Of a stretch of DNA of 64,000 nt, positions 1-10,062 are shown in pieces (the stretch's first letter is position 1; each line of letters opens with the position of its first letter). The stretch is taken from positions 6,383-70,382 of the forward strand of contig CAWVFK010000032.1 in the NCBI GenBank assembly GCA_963928595.1, in the 5' to 3' direction. Made by a program: the position numbers and the translations under genes. Source of the stretch: Candidatus Coprosoma sp. (GTDB lineage: Bacteria > Bacillota_I > Bacilli_A > RF39 > UBA660). The notes beneath the pieces are model-generated. The model was not told the DNA's origin and did no database searches. It worked only from the letters and a program-made list of their open reading frames with translations.

Positions 1-747
1 TTCTAAATCAAGTCTTAGAAAATCATCAACTAATAAAAATTGTTTACCTTTTATTTGATAAATAATTGGTCGAATTTCCTTGTTAGGTGCAATCTTTTTA
101 AGAAGCTCCTTAGAAGCACTCATTATCATACTACCATTATCCAAAAGACCCGGTGTATCTATTAAAGTTAAATCATCGTTAACCTGAGTATAAATCAAAT
201 CTAAAGTTGTCGAAGGTAAATTACTTGTCGTAATCTCCCCATCATTAGATCCATAATTCTTTACCATCTTATTTACAAGTGTCGATTTCCCAGCATTAGT
301 ATATCCTATAACATAAACATTATTACTTTTTTTATACTTTAATATCTTATCGTATAATAAGTCCAAATTAAAATTATTTTTACTAGACACAATAATTTTA
401 TCCACAATATTTAATTTACATTTTATTTTACTAAGTAAATGTTCCTTAATAACGCTTTTAGGTAATATATCAGCTTTAGTTATAACTAAAAGCACTGGAC
501 TATGTAAATCAAGTTCATCTAAATTATATAGATTTAGAAAATCTGTAACTAATAAAGTTAAATCACCTTTACAATCTATATCTCTAATAATTTGACTATA
601 ATCTTTATTTGGAACTTTTAAATACTTATTATAATGCGTAATATTAAAACATCTTTCACAAAATTTATTGTTTAAATTTTTTGTATAACCTTCCATATCT
701 GGAAAATCATTTTGTAAAACAGCTCCACACCCCACACATTTAGTCAT
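1..747 (-). CDS. yqeH: ribosome biogenesis GTPase YqeH (circularly permuted GTPase); N-terminal ~249 aa, continues beyond the left edge
   Basis: Minus-strand ORF with ATG at 747-745 translating to MTKCVGCGAVLQNDFPDMEGYT (CxxC..C zinc-ribbon N-terminus), followed by GTPase motifs (VIGYTNAGKSTL, LIDTPG). It runs off the window edge, so it is absent from the ORF track. Conserved yqeG-yqeH synteny supports the call. Confidence 0.8.
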   Translation of the reverse strand, partial: MTKCVGCGAVLQNDFPDMEGYTKNLNNKFCERCFNITHYNKYLKVPNKDYSQIIRDIDCKGDLTLLVTDFLNLYNLDELDLHSPVLLVITKADILPKSVIKEHLLSKIKCKLNIVDKIIVSSKNNFNLDLLYDKILKYKKSNNVYVIGYTNAGKSTLVNKMVKNYGSNDGEITTSNLPSTTLDLIYTQVNDDLTLIDTPGLLDNGSMIMSASKELLKKIAPNKEIRPIIYQIKGKQFLLVDDFLRLDLE

Positions 748-1261
748 AATATCTTCCTCGCCAAAATAAATCATGATCTCTTAACTTCTTCATTTTTCTT
801 CGTTCTGAAAGTCTATGAATCTTTGTCAAAATAAAATCTTTTTCACTAACAGGATTTACTAAAATAGTCGTAATTCCCACCTTATTTCCAACTTTGATAT
901 CCGTCATCAATTGATCACCAATAATAGCCACTTCATTTTCTGCAAAACCATAATCTTTAAGTAATTTTCTAAGTTTTCTAGTAAACGGTTTACAAGCACT
1001 AGATACTCCATCAACTCCCAAAAAATTTTTAAATCCCTTTAATCTTAATTGTGGACTATTTGTAAACAAAATAATCTTAAAACCTTTCTGTTTTAAACCA
1101 GTAATTAAATCTTTAGCCTTCTGTGGAGTTTCATTACTAAAAGGGGCCACTATTGTATTATCTAAATCAAACAGTATACACTTTATACCTCTAGCTAACA
1201 ACTTAGAATAATCAATGGTATAAATACTTTTTTGATAAATATCTGGTAAATATTCTTCCAT
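740..1261 (-). CDS. yqeG: HAD-IIIA family phosphatase, YqeG-like
   Basis: 173 aa with a DLDNT nucleophile motif and a GDQLMTD motif III. GGAGGG RBS present. Sits immediately upstream of yqeH as in Bacillus. Confidence 0.7.
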   Translation of the reverse strand: MEEYLPDIYQKSIYTIDYSKLLARGIKCILFDLDNTIVAPFSNETPQKAKDLITGLKQKGFKIILFTNSPQLRLKGFKNFLGVDGVSSACKPFTRKLRKLLKDYGFAENEVAIIGDQLMTDIKVGNKVGITTILVNPVSEKDFILTKIHRLSERRKMKKLRDHDLFWRGRYYD

Positions 1262-1326
1262 AGCCGTCCCTCCTTTAAAATTTCTAATATAATAATATCA
1301 CAATTATATCTTTATCTTCAATAGCT

Positions 1327-2499
1327 TTAAAATTCATTCTTATCAATTTTTGCAAGTAAATAACAAAAAATTAAAACTGTAAAGCTCAAAAAAAGCAAAA
1401 AATATTTCAAATAAGCAAGTCCAAAAATACTTACAATAAATAATAAATAATAACCTAACACTCTTCCTAAATTTAAAACAATCTCCCTAATAGACCAATA
1501 CTCCGTTTTTTCATTATTACTAATTTTCTTTTTCGCTAAATTAAAAAGCCTAATTCCATAAATAAAAGTTAAAATACCTGTGCCAAAAATACCATAAATA
1601 ACATTATAAAAAATAACCATAAAATTAGTTATATTTAAAGCAAACAAAATCATACTAAAAAAAATAATTACTCCAGAACACAATATAACTTTTTTATCAT
1701 TCCTTCCTTTATAATATTTTGAATACATAAACAAAAAGATCAAACTTATAAATGATATATAAGAACTAATAATTCCTAAATGAAATTCAGACTTAAAAGA
1801 AATCATAATTAAAATAGTTATAATCGTTCCTAAAACCCCATCAGAAAAAATTAGACCGTTTAAAAATTCTATATAAAGCATTTCTCTTTCTTGTTTATTT
1901 TTTAAACTTTTTTTTAAAGAACCTAATAAATCATAAACATTATCAGATTTAGGAAGTGGTTTCAAATAAAAAGAAGCTACAATTTGAATAAATGAAAATA
2001 TTAAAATAACTAAAGCCGTAAGTTGATAATTTGTTGTTGAAATTAAAAAGCCTAAAAAAGCTGGAGTAAAAACTGAAACAAATATTTTAATAACATTCAT
2101 CTTAAATTCAAAAGAAGCCCTATCAGAATTTTGAACCACATCAGTATGATATAAATTAAAAGGTAAATTTAAAAACATTGATGAAAAACCATAAAAAAAC
2201 GATAAAATACCATAATGAGCTGTAATATTACTGCCAAGTGTCATTATCAATAAAACACATAAAAAACGCATTATAATACCAATTCTAAACACAAAAATAG
2301 TACCTTTTTTTTCAATAACATACCCTGTTATCATACCAAACAAACACAAAAACAAATAATTAAGTATATTAAAAAGAGATAAACTATTTATGTTTTCCAA
2401 AGAAACACTTACAAAATAAGCAACCAAAAATGGACCTAAAAACACACTAATTATCTTCATACATGCATATATAATCATAACTGTCTTTTCATTTTTCAT
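1327..2499 (-). CDS. polytopic membrane protein, probable MFS-type transporter
   Basis: 390 aa with ~12 hydrophobic segments and no soluble domains. Confidence 0.45.
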   Translation of the reverse strand: MKNEKTVMIIYACMKIISVFLGPFLVAYFVSVSLENINSLSLFNILNYLFLCLFGMITGYVIEKKGTIFVFRIGIIMRFLCVLLIMTLGSNITAHYGILSFFYGFSSMFLNLPFNLYHTDVVQNSDRASFEFKMNVIKIFVSVFTPAFLGFLISTTNYQLTALVILIFSFIQIVASFYLKPLPKSDNVYDLLGSLKKSLKNKQEREMLYIEFLNGLIFSDGVLGTIITILIMISFKSEFHLGIISSYISFISLIFLFMYSKYYKGRNDKKVILCSGVIIFFSMILFALNITNFMVIFYNVIYGIFGTGILTFIYGIRLFNLAKKKISNNEKTEYWSIREIVLNLGRVLGYYLLFIVSIFGLAYLKYFLLFLSFTVLIFCYLLAKIDKNEF

Positions 2500-2559
2500 A
2501 GCGCACCTCTATTATAATTTTACCACAATATATAAAATTTAAAAATGACTTTTCCAAAG

Positions 2560-2601
2560 CTAATACAAAAAGCAATATGAATTAATTTAAATTCATATTG
2601 C
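2560..2601 (-). terminator. Rho-independent terminator at the dacA-like gene end
   Basis: Perfect 12-bp inverted repeat GCAATATGAATT/AATTCATATTGC with a 6-nt loop straddling the stop codon. Followed on the minus strand by TTTTTGTATT. Confidence 0.55.
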
Positions 2602-3754
2602 CCGTTATCATATCTTTAACATTTCTTAAAAACAAATTTCCAAAATTAGCTCTCTCTACATCTTTAGACACCGTCAGTTTCACCGTCTTGACATTTTTAC
2701 CATCTTCTTTAATTGTTAAAGTTCCTACATCATCGCCAACCTTTAGTGGAGCTTTAAGTGTTTTTAGTTTTATATCATAAGTTAACTCTCCATCTTTCTC
2801 ACTTTTTTTCTTAACCATTGTTGCCTCTTCCTTTGGTATTACTAAAACATATTCATCTTTACCATTTTCCACTCTATACTCTCCAAGTGTATTTTTGTTT
2901 TTTATCATATTAATAACTTTATATTGAGCAAAAGCATAATCTAACATTTCACTTACTTCTTGATTTCTTATTTTACTCGTTTCTTCTCCCATAACTACGG
3001 CAATAATTCGCATTCCATCCTTTTCAGCTGTTGCCGTCATACAATATCCTGCTTCCTCTGTATAACCTGTTTTAAGACCATCAACACCATCATAAAATCT
3101 AACTAACCGATTTGTATTAACGAGCCATATTTTCCTATCAGTATCTTCTCTTAAATAATCTTCATATATTTTGGTATATTCTAAAACCTCTTCATGTTTA
3201 ACAAGCTCCTTAGCAATAATTGACATATCTCTACTGCTTGAATAATGATTCGCATCATCTAACCCATGAGGATTCTTAAAATTAGTATTAGTTAAACCAA
3301 GCTCCTTAGCTCTTTTATTCATCATACCTACAAAGTTATTTACACTACCAGCTACCGTTTCTGCTAAAGCCACAACTGCATCATTTCCCGATGCGATAGC
3401 TACTCCTTTAAATAAATCCCGCACACTCATCTTTTCACCAGTTTCGAGCAAAATTTGACTACCACCCATACTAGATGCATTTTCACTAACCGTAACCACT
3501 TGATCCCAATTAATAACTCCATCTTCAATTGCTTCGACAATTAAAAGCATACTCATCATCTTTGTCATACTAGCTGGATGAAGTTTTTCATCAGCATTTT
3601 TTTCAAATAATATCTTTCCTGTGCTTGCTTCAATTAAAATAGCTGATTTAGCACTTTCAGCTAATTTTAAATCATCATCAGCCAAAACAGGATGGATTTC
3701 TAACGAAATAAACAACATCATAAATGTTACTATCATTAATAATATTTTCTTCAT
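2582..3754 (-). CDS. D-alanyl-D-alanine carboxypeptidase (low-MW PBP, peptidase S11)
   Basis: N-terminal signal peptide, then SMTK (SxxK), SGN and KTG motifs. C-terminal PBP5-like domain. Confidence 0.85.
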   Translation of the reverse strand: MKKILLMIVTFMMLFISLEIHPVLADDDLKLAESAKSAILIEASTGKILFEKNADEKLHPASMTKMMSMLLIVEAIEDGVINWDQVVTVSENASSMGGSQILLETGEKMSVRDLFKGVAIASGNDAVVALAETVAGSVNNFVGMMNKRAKELGLTNTNFKNPHGLDDANHYSSSRDMSIIAKELVKHEEVLEYTKIYEDYLREDTDRKIWLVNTNRLVRFYDGVDGLKTGYTEEAGYCMTATAEKDGMRIIAVVMGEETSKIRNQEVSEMLDYAFAQYKVINMIKNKNTLGEYRVENGKDEYVLVIPKEEATMVKKKSEKDGELTYDIKLKTLKAPLKVGDDVGTLTIKEDGKNVKTVKLTVSKDVERANFGNLFLRNVKDMITGNMNLN

Positions 3755-3819
3755 AACACCGCCCCTATTAAAAAATATGTCAAAAAATATTTTTTATAAC
3801 AAAAAAGAGAATTACTATT

Positions 3820-4182
3820 TTAGCAATTCCTTTCTACAAAATTATATCTATATTGATTTTTAGAACTATCATATTTTATTTGTACAACCCCGCATAAATC
3901 TGCCCCATTTTTAGGATTCTCTAAATCCGAACTATCAATATAACCTTCATCAGCCAAAGTTTTTATATTCACTTCATAAACCGAATTATCAAGTGGCATC
4001 TTATCAGGGTTAATTGTCCCCCATTGTTCAGCCGCTTTTTCTAAAGTACTTATTTGTGACTCAGAAAGTGAAGCCCTTGATCTATTCATAATTCCAATAA
4101 CCGACGTAGTTACCATAACAGCAATAATACCTAGTATTGCAATAACCACAAGCAATTCGACTAATGTAAACCCTTTTTTCAT
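3820..4182 (-). CDS. ComGC-like type IV prepilin / pseudopilin
   Basis: MKKG|FTLVELLVVIAILGIIA class-III signal (prepilin cleavage/methylation motif). GGAG 9 nt upstream of this ATG. ~120 aa mature pilin. The ORF track extends upstream with a TTG start. Confidence 0.75.
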   Translation of the reverse strand: MKKGFTLVELLVVIAILGIIAVMVTTSVIGIMNRSRASLSESQISTLEKAAEQWGTINPDKMPLDNSVYEVNIKTLADEGYIDSSDLENPKNGADLCGVVQIKYDSSKNQYRYNFVERNC

Positions 4183-4183
4183 T

Positions 4184-4561
4184 CTAACACGCTCCATCAT
4201 ATTCATATACAAATTGATAATTTTTATAACTAATACATATTTTTGTATCTTTAGAAATTTCTCCTCTATCAGTCATATCTTGAATTTTTTTATCTTCTAA
4301 AAAGCCAGATGTTTGTAATTCATTTAAAGTCACATACTTTTTCTCTACACCATCTAAATAAATCTTACCATCATCTTCTAATAAATTACTAGTTCCCCAT
4401 TGTCTGGCCGCATTTAAAATAGCCTCTTTTTGTTCAGTATTTAACCTATTCTGACTTCTATTTAAAATACCAGTTACATTAGGCATAACAACTAACAAAA
4501 TAATACCTAAAATAACAATAACTGCTAATAATTCAACCAAAGTAAAACCTTTATTTTTCAT
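4184..4561 (-). CDS. ComGC-like type IV prepilin / pseudopilin (paralog)
   Basis: MKNKG|FTLVELLAVIVILGIIL. GGAGG RBS 5 nt before the ATG at 4561. Shares the ..A(E/R)QWGT.. motif with the neighbouring pilin. Confidence 0.75.
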   Translation of the reverse strand: MKNKGFTLVELLAVIVILGIILLVVMPNVTGILNRSQNRLNTEQKEAILNAARQWGTSNLLEDDGKIYLDGVEKKYVTLNELQTSGFLEDKKIQDMTDRGEISKDTKICISYKNYQFVYEYDGAC

Positions 4562-4592
4562 AAGCGCCTCCACTATTATTAATCATACCACA

Positions 4593-5135
4593 TCAACTAT
4601 TTTTATTCAAATTTAATGTACTAAAACTAAACAACTTTAAATCTTTTTCTAAAAATGAAAATGCACTAATAACAAATAATAAAACATAACCTAAAATCAA
4701 AAAAGTCGCATCAAAACAAGCATAATACAAACCATAAGTAATAGCCGTAGTCATACCAGAAATACGAACTAACTTCATATCACTTTGCCATAGACAATAA
4801 ACCCTGATCACAGAACCAATAGTTGGTAAAAAAGAAATCATTCCTTGCCACGTTAAAATACAGTTAACACATACTAAAGTTTCAAATAATATTAATAATA
4901 AAAAATACAAATCTTGATTAAATTTATTTTTATGACAAAATGGCAAAGACCTTACAAAATTAATAAAACTAAGTACTGCCCCAGTCCAAGCATCTATAGT
5001 AAAATCAAAAAAAGATTCAAACAAACAACTTAACGACTGACATTTTAAAGAAATGTCTCGTGACTTAACACAAATACTAATAAAAAGCATCACAAAAGTT
5101 AACACACTAAATATCATAGTCTCACCTATAACCAC
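4593..5135 (-). CDS. small polytopic membrane protein; possibly a short, divergent prepilin-peptidase-like protein
   Basis: 180 aa with 5-6 TM segments. Directly upstream of and near-overlapping the two prepilin genes. Weak resemblance to A24 peptidase motifs (FDFTIDAW ; CFDATFLILG cf. GDxKLLxxLG). Unconfirmed. Confidence 0.3.
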   Translation of the reverse strand: MVIGETMIFSVLTFVMLFISICVKSRDISLKCQSLSCLFESFFDFTIDAWTGAVLSFINFVRSLPFCHKNKFNQDLYFLLLILFETLVCVNCILTWQGMISFLPTIGSVIRVYCLWQSDMKLVRISGMTTAITYGLYYACFDATFLILGYVLLFVISAFSFLEKDLKLFSFSTLNLNKNS

Positions 5136-5208
5136 TTTATCATAAATAAGCCAATAAAAATTTCAAAAAAAGACGTCTAATAAAAATTGACATCTTTTTA
5201 CACAAATT

Positions 5209-5451
5209 CTAAAAAGAATCTATGTTAATAACTGCACGTTTTTCATGGTTCAAATAACTACTAGCTTGGACGATTGTTCTAATCGCATTCGCAATCATTC
5301 CCTTTTTACCAATTACTCGTCCCATATCTTCCGCACTTACTAAAACTTCAATTGTAATTTTATCTTCGTCGTCAAAAGCCTTTACTGATACCATATCCGG
5401 ATTTTTGACTAAACTTTTAACCAAAAATTCTGTTAAACTACCTAAATCCAT
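5209..5451 (-). CDS. ylqC: KH-domain RNA-binding protein (YlqC/UPF0109 family)
   Basis: 80 aa with a VIGKKGMIANAIRTIV KH_4 motif. Immediately downstream of rpsP as in Bacillus. Confidence 0.8.
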   Translation of the reverse strand: MDLGSLTEFLVKSLVKNPDMVSVKAFDDEDKITIEVLVSAEDMGRVIGKKGMIANAIRTIVQASSYLNHEKRAVINIDSF

Positions 5452-5453
5452 AA

Positions 5454-5735
5454 TTACTTACTTTCTTTAGAGTATTTTATTTCGTGGAATTTTTTATTAA
5501 TTCCTTTTTTATTAAATAAACTCTTAACTGTATCAGTAGGAATAGCTCCATCTTTAAGCCATTTTAAAGCAACTTCTTCATTAATATTAATTTCTGCTGG
5601 ATCAGCAACTGGATTATAAGTACCAACTAATTCGATATACTTACCATCTCTTTTTACTCTTGAATCAGCAGCTACGATACGGTAAAATGGTTTTCTTTTA
5701 GCACCCATTCTTAAAAGTCTTAATTTAACTGCCAT
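5454..5735 (-). CDS. rpsP: 30S ribosomal protein bS16
   Basis: [51 protein letters not shown] before the ATG at 5735. The ORF-track upstream extension is spurious. Confidence 0.9.
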   Translation of the reverse strand: MAVKLRLLRMGAKRKPFYRIVAADSRVKRDGKYIELVGTYNPVADPAEININEEVALKWLKDGAIPTDTVKSLFNKKGINKKFHEIKYSKESK

Positions 5736-5817
5736 AGTATCCCTCCATTTCTTTAATGATTCTACCACAAAAAATAATGAGTGTCAACATTTTTTTGTTA
5801 ACACTCTAATTATATAC

Positions 5818-6534
5818 TTATTTATTTAATACTTTCACTTTATCATTCATTCTTTTATTATTAATGTATTCATCAACATCCACCATAAATCCTTTAGGCA
5901 CAAAAGCCACTGGCACAAATAAACTTTGCTTATCAGTAACTGAAACTACCTCACAGTTCATCATATCATGACCAATATATTCACCAGTCAAATGGTAATA
6001 AATATAATGATTAACTGTACCATGAGCAAACACTAAAATGTAGTCATATTCATTAGTCACAGCAAGTCTTTGAATCTCTAAAGCAATATTTCTAACTCTA
6101 GCTTTAACCTGATTTCTACTTTCTCCACCAGTATACACCGCATTTTCAAAATCCTTTTCCGCATCTTCAAAATATTTCTTACTCTCTGGATACATTCTTA
6201 AAACTTCATCTACTGTATGTGCATAATGAACTCCTGAATTAAACTCTACCAAATCATCGACTGTTTTAATTTCATAATCTCCATGCATCTTCGATAAAGC
6301 GTATTTTAAAGTTTGTTGAACCCTAAAATAAGGACTAGCTAAAATCAAAATTTTACCTTTTAACCCATTTAAAAATTTACCTAATTCTAAAGCTTGTTGA
6401 ACTCCATATTTCTTTTCTATCGGCATATCTTTATCTTTGGCGATCTTCCATAAACCTTCTTGACCATTATAACTCGCATTATTAGCTGGGGTAAAAGCAT
6501 GTCTAATTAAATATACTTTTGTCATATTCCTCAC
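5818..6534 (-). CDS. histidine phosphatase family protein (phosphoglycerate-mutase-like)
   Basis: 238 aa with an N-terminal LIRHAFTPAN (RH catalytic motif) and a later H in AHGTV. Confidence 0.55.
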   Translation of the reverse strand: MRNMTKVYLIRHAFTPANNASYNGQEGLWKIAKDKDMPIEKKYGVQQALELGKFLNGLKGKILILASPYFRVQQTLKYALSKMHGDYEIKTVDDLVEFNSGVHYAHTVDEVLRMYPESKKYFEDAEKDFENAVYTGGESRNQVKARVRNIALEIQRLAVTNEYDYILVFAHGTVNHYIYYHLTGEYIGHDMMNCEVVSVTDKQSLFVPVAFVPKGFMVDVDEYINNKRMNDKVKVLNK

Positions 6535-6570
6535 CTATAATAATTATATCAAAAAAGTGCGAATTACGCA

Positions 6571-7107
6571 CTATTTTAAATAGTCTTCAGATACCTTCTC
6601 GTCTATTTCTTTTAAAGTATCTTCATCGACATCGTCAACGATCTCATCCCAAGGCTCTTCATCATCCTCAACTGCAATTTTTACTTTAGTCTCACCAACT
6701 ATCTCCACACCAAGTTCTTTTTCAATATTAAATGATATTGTATTATCATCTTGGATATTAACCCCCGAACACGTTGGTTGTTTTAAAGATCTAACAATAA
6801 TATCCGTATCACCAGATAAATCGGCATTTTCTCTTAATCTTACATTAAATAAATCATTATATTCGATTTTTTTATTAATAACTGTTGTCTTACTATCATT
6901 ATCATAAGAATACCAAATATTTATATCAAAAGATCCATCTACACCAACTTTATCACTTGATTTATAACCTTTAAACTTGTGATTGATTACCCAACATCCA
7001 AGCACGGTTGTCGGTTTATTTTCCGTTTCAATTGTATAATTATTCTTAAAGTGTTTCTTACCCTTACCAATAATTGCCTTGGTTACTATTTCTTTATATG
7101 ATGCCAC
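6571..7107 (-). CDS. cotE: outer spore coat morphogenetic protein CotE
   Basis: Blocks matching B. subtilis CotE: YKEIVTKAIIGKGKKHF, VLGCWVINHKF, NIWYSYDNDSKTTVI, KQPTC, IVGETKV and an acidic C-terminal tail. GTG start at 7107 preceded by a GAGGGGTGA RBS. Conserved miaB...cotE neighbourhood. Confidence 0.8.
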   Translation of the reverse strand: MASYKEIVTKAIIGKGKKHFKNNYTIETENKPTTVLGCWVINHKFKGYKSSDKVGVDGSFDINIWYSYDNDSKTTVINKKIEYNDLFNVRLRENADLSGDTDIIVRSLKQPTCSGVNIQDDNTISFNIEKELGVEIVGETKVKIAVEDDEEPWDEIVDDVDEDTLKEIDEKVSEDYLK

Positions 7108-7167
7108 TTTATCACCCCTCACTTTAAGATATGCAACTAAACAAAAAAAGTACACAAAAAAAGTAGC

Positions 7168-8505
7168 TTACACTACTTTTCTAATAACTGGTAAAAATTT
7201 ACTTAAATTAGGATCAGCCATTATCTTTGTATAAATTCCAAGCTTTTCTACATCACTCATATTATTTAAATCAATACTATTTGAAACATCAACTCTATCA
7301 AAATTACTAGCTTGTTTACTTGTATATTTTAAATCAAAATTACTTTCAGTTAAAACTTTATCATCTTTAGTCTTCTTATAATATAAATTATATGTATATT
7401 TAGTTTTATTCTTATTAACTGTAAATGCAAATTCTCCAGTAGCTAATGTTCCATCACTAGTCTTTGAAATAATATAAGAATATTTATTATCACCCTCACT
7501 AGTGAAACTTATATTTCCAAGTTCACTTACAACCTCAGCCTTAATAAATGTTTTTGTTTTATTATCCACATACAAAGATATCTCTAATTTGTTATGTCGC
7601 GCTAATTCACTCTTTAAATCTGACAAATGATTATCTAAAGCACTTCTAATATCAGAAGCACTAACTCCTTTCATTTTAGCAAGTACTCCAGTAAATTCAT
7701 CATTTGCCTTCAAAGTGTTAATAAAGTTTTCAGCAACTCTATCTCTATTTTTACTATCGATAACAAGTCTAGTTCTATAACTTTTAATTACCTCGCCATT
7801 TTCATCAATATTTTCTTTATCACCATAAACTTTTTCATCGGCAATTATCGTATCAATTGCTTGATTAAAGCCGTCAAGAACTTTTTTTACATCATTACCG
7901 TTTACAAAATAACTTAGTTTATTATCTCTTAATTTAATATAATTTTCTGAAATCGTAGGAACATAAACATATGTTGAAGAACCATCACTGTACAAATTAG
8001 CATTTACAAAATCTTCTCCATCATAAGCTGTTTTCAAATCTATAAAACTCATACCGCCAGCATTATTTTTTACATAATCTGCACTAAACTTAACCTTACT
8101 AAGTTCATCATATAAATCTGCATTCCCGTCATTGCTTTTAATTGTATAAGCTAAACTAACATTACCATCGGTAATATCATATACATTTTCATTTACATTA
8201 CTTTCTAAATAATCAAATAATCCATCCACTGTTTGGGTAAATAAAGTTTTTGGATTATTACTAAAAAACATCAAACAAAGAATAATTGCAATTACCAAAA
8301 TCAAAAATATCGCAATAAGCCACGGTAATTTAGATATTCTAGCCTTAGCCGAATTCTTCACAATATCCGTATAATCCACATTAAAATTTTCTGCTTTTGC
8401 ATCTTCATCCATTAAAGTATCATCTAGTGCATCATTTGTCCTATCCTCGACCTTTTTTACAAATTCTTTTATTTTATTTTTAGTATTATTTTCAGTATCT
8501 TTCAT
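7168..8505 (-). CDS. hypothetical single-pass membrane protein with a large extracytoplasmic domain
   Basis: 445 aa. One TM segment (LPWLIAIFLILVIAIILCLMFF) after an acidic N-terminus. No recognisable motifs. Confidence 0.4.
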   Translation of the reverse strand: MKDTENNTKNKIKEFVKKVEDRTNDALDDTLMDEDAKAENFNVDYTDIVKNSAKARISKLPWLIAIFLILVIAIILCLMFFSNNPKTLFTQTVDGLFDYLESNVNENVYDITDGNVSLAYTIKSNDGNADLYDELSKVKFSADYVKNNAGGMSFIDLKTAYDGEDFVNANLYSDGSSTYVYVPTISENYIKLRDNKLSYFVNGNDVKKVLDGFNQAIDTIIADEKVYGDKENIDENGEVIKSYRTRLVIDSKNRDRVAENFINTLKANDEFTGVLAKMKGVSASDIRSALDNHLSDLKSELARHNKLEISLYVDNKTKTFIKAEVVSELGNISFTSEGDNKYSYIISKTSDGTLATGEFAFTVNKNKTKYTYNLYYKKTKDDKVLTESNFDLKYTSKQASNFDRVDVSNSIDLNNMSDVEKLGIYTKIMADPNLSKFLPVIRKVV

Positions 8506-8575
8506 ATACTTATCTCCTACTCTTTACATCAATAATATCAAAATAATAGATTTTTTTCAATAGAAAAGAGATAGC

Positions 8576-9997
8576 TTAAGCTATCTCTCCATCCATACTC
8601 CATGTTTTAACATCCGTAATTTTAACATTTACAATCTCACCTAACATCTCTTTAGGTGCTTTCACATTGACAAGTTTCATTGTATCCGTATATCCGGCAA
8701 GCATTTCAGAATTTTTCTCGCTTACATTTTCTAATAAAACAGGAACAACTTTGCCTAAATATTTTTCATTTGCTTCCCTCGCATATTTATTCACAAGCTC
8801 ATTTAATCTATGTAATCTTTCTTCTTTAACTGATAGTGGTGTTTCATCTCTCATCTTAGCCGCTGGCGTTCCTTCTCTAGGCGAAAAGATAAATGTAAAA
8901 GCTGAATCATACTTACAAGTATTTACGACATCCAAAGTATCTTCAAAATCCTCCTCAGTTTCACCTGGAAAACCTACAATAATATCCGTTGTAATAGCCG
9001 CATTAGGAATAGTTTCTTTAATTTTATTAAATAATTTCAAATAAGATTCTTTAGTATATCTTCTGCCCATTAATTTTAAAATTCGATCAGAACCAGATTG
9101 TAATGGTAAATGAATATAAGGCATAATATTAGGATACTTGCTGGTAACCTCAATCATTTTATCCGTAAAATCCCAAGGATGTGAAGTTACAAATCTAACT
9201 CTCTCAATACCAGTTTTCGCAACCTCTTCAAGTAAATCACTCATATCATATTCTAAATTTAAATCTTTACCATAAGCATTGACATTTTGACCAAGTAAAG
9301 TAACCTCTTTATAACCGTTGTCTTTCAAAGATTTAACTTCTCTAATAATATCGCCAAATCTTCTACTTCTTTGTTTTCCTCTAGTGTAAGGTACTATACA
9401 ATATGTACAAAACTTATCACAACCATACATAATATTAACAAAGGCTTTATATTTACTATCCCTTTTAGCAGGCATATCTTCAATGATATCACCCTCACAG
9501 CTATACACATCGACTTCTATTTTATCTTTATGCATCGCTTTATTTAAAATCTCTGGTAACTCATGAATATTATGCGTTCCAAAAACTATATCTAAGAAAC
9601 TATACTTATCTAAAATCTCATTGACGACAACTTCCTCTTGAGCCATGCATCCACATACACCAGTAATAATATCTGGTCTATCTTCTTTCATATGTTTAAG
9701 TCTTCCAATCATACCAAATACTTTATTATGCGCATTCTCTCTAATCGCACAAGTATTAAGTAAAATCAAATCTGCACTTTCCATATCATCAGCTTCTTTA
9801 AAGCCCATTTCCTCTAAAATTGCTTTAATATTTTCTGAATCGTGAACATTCATCTGACAACCATATGTTTTAACAAAATAAGTTTTTCCTACACCAAGTG
9901 TTTTTGAATCCTCTGGTATTTCATACTTTTTAATCTTAACTTCATTTTTAGTTCTTTTCTTAGCTTCATCTAAATGTGGCATCAACATACTAATCAC
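8576..9997 (-). CDS. miaB: tRNA-2-methylthio-N6-dimethylallyladenosine synthase (radical SAM methylthiotransferase)
   Basis: YGCQMNVHDSE (MTTase N-domain), CTYCIVPYTRG radical-SAM cysteine triad, TRAM-like C-terminus. Confidence 0.9.
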   Translation of the reverse strand: MISMLMPHLDEAKKRTKNEVKIKKYEIPEDSKTLGVGKTYFVKTYGCQMNVHDSENIKAILEEMGFKEADDMESADLILLNTCAIRENAHNKVFGMIGRLKHMKEDRPDIITGVCGCMAQEEVVVNEILDKYSFLDIVFGTHNIHELPEILNKAMHKDKIEVDVYSCEGDIIEDMPAKRDSKYKAFVNIMYGCDKFCTYCIVPYTRGKQRSRRFGDIIREVKSLKDNGYKEVTLLGQNVNAYGKDLNLEYDMSDLLEEVAKTGIERVRFVTSHPWDFTDKMIEVTSKYPNIMPYIHLPLQSGSDRILKLMGRRYTKESYLKLFNKIKETIPNAAITTDIIVGFPGETEEDFEDTLDVVNTCKYDSAFTFIFSPREGTPAAKMRDETPLSVKEERLHRLNELVNKYAREANEKYLGKVVPVLLENVSEKNSEMLAGYTDTMKLVNVKAPKEMLGEIVNVKITDVKTWSMDGEIA

Positions 9998-10062
9998 TTC
10001 CTAGGGAAGATAATACCATAAATCCAAAGAAAAAGCTAGTCTAAACTAGCCTTATTAAAGGT

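Noticed and set aside
2598-2780. Numerous 60-155-aa ORFs on the strand opposite large genes, e.g. 2598-2780, 8667-9044, 9645-9845, 10238-10468, 12644-12928, 35646-35921, 44917-45384, 45475-45690, 60285-60620.
   Set aside because: They lie fully inside well-supported conserved genes and have low-complexity S/L/I/F-rich translations typical of antisense frames in AT-rich DNA. None has an RBS.
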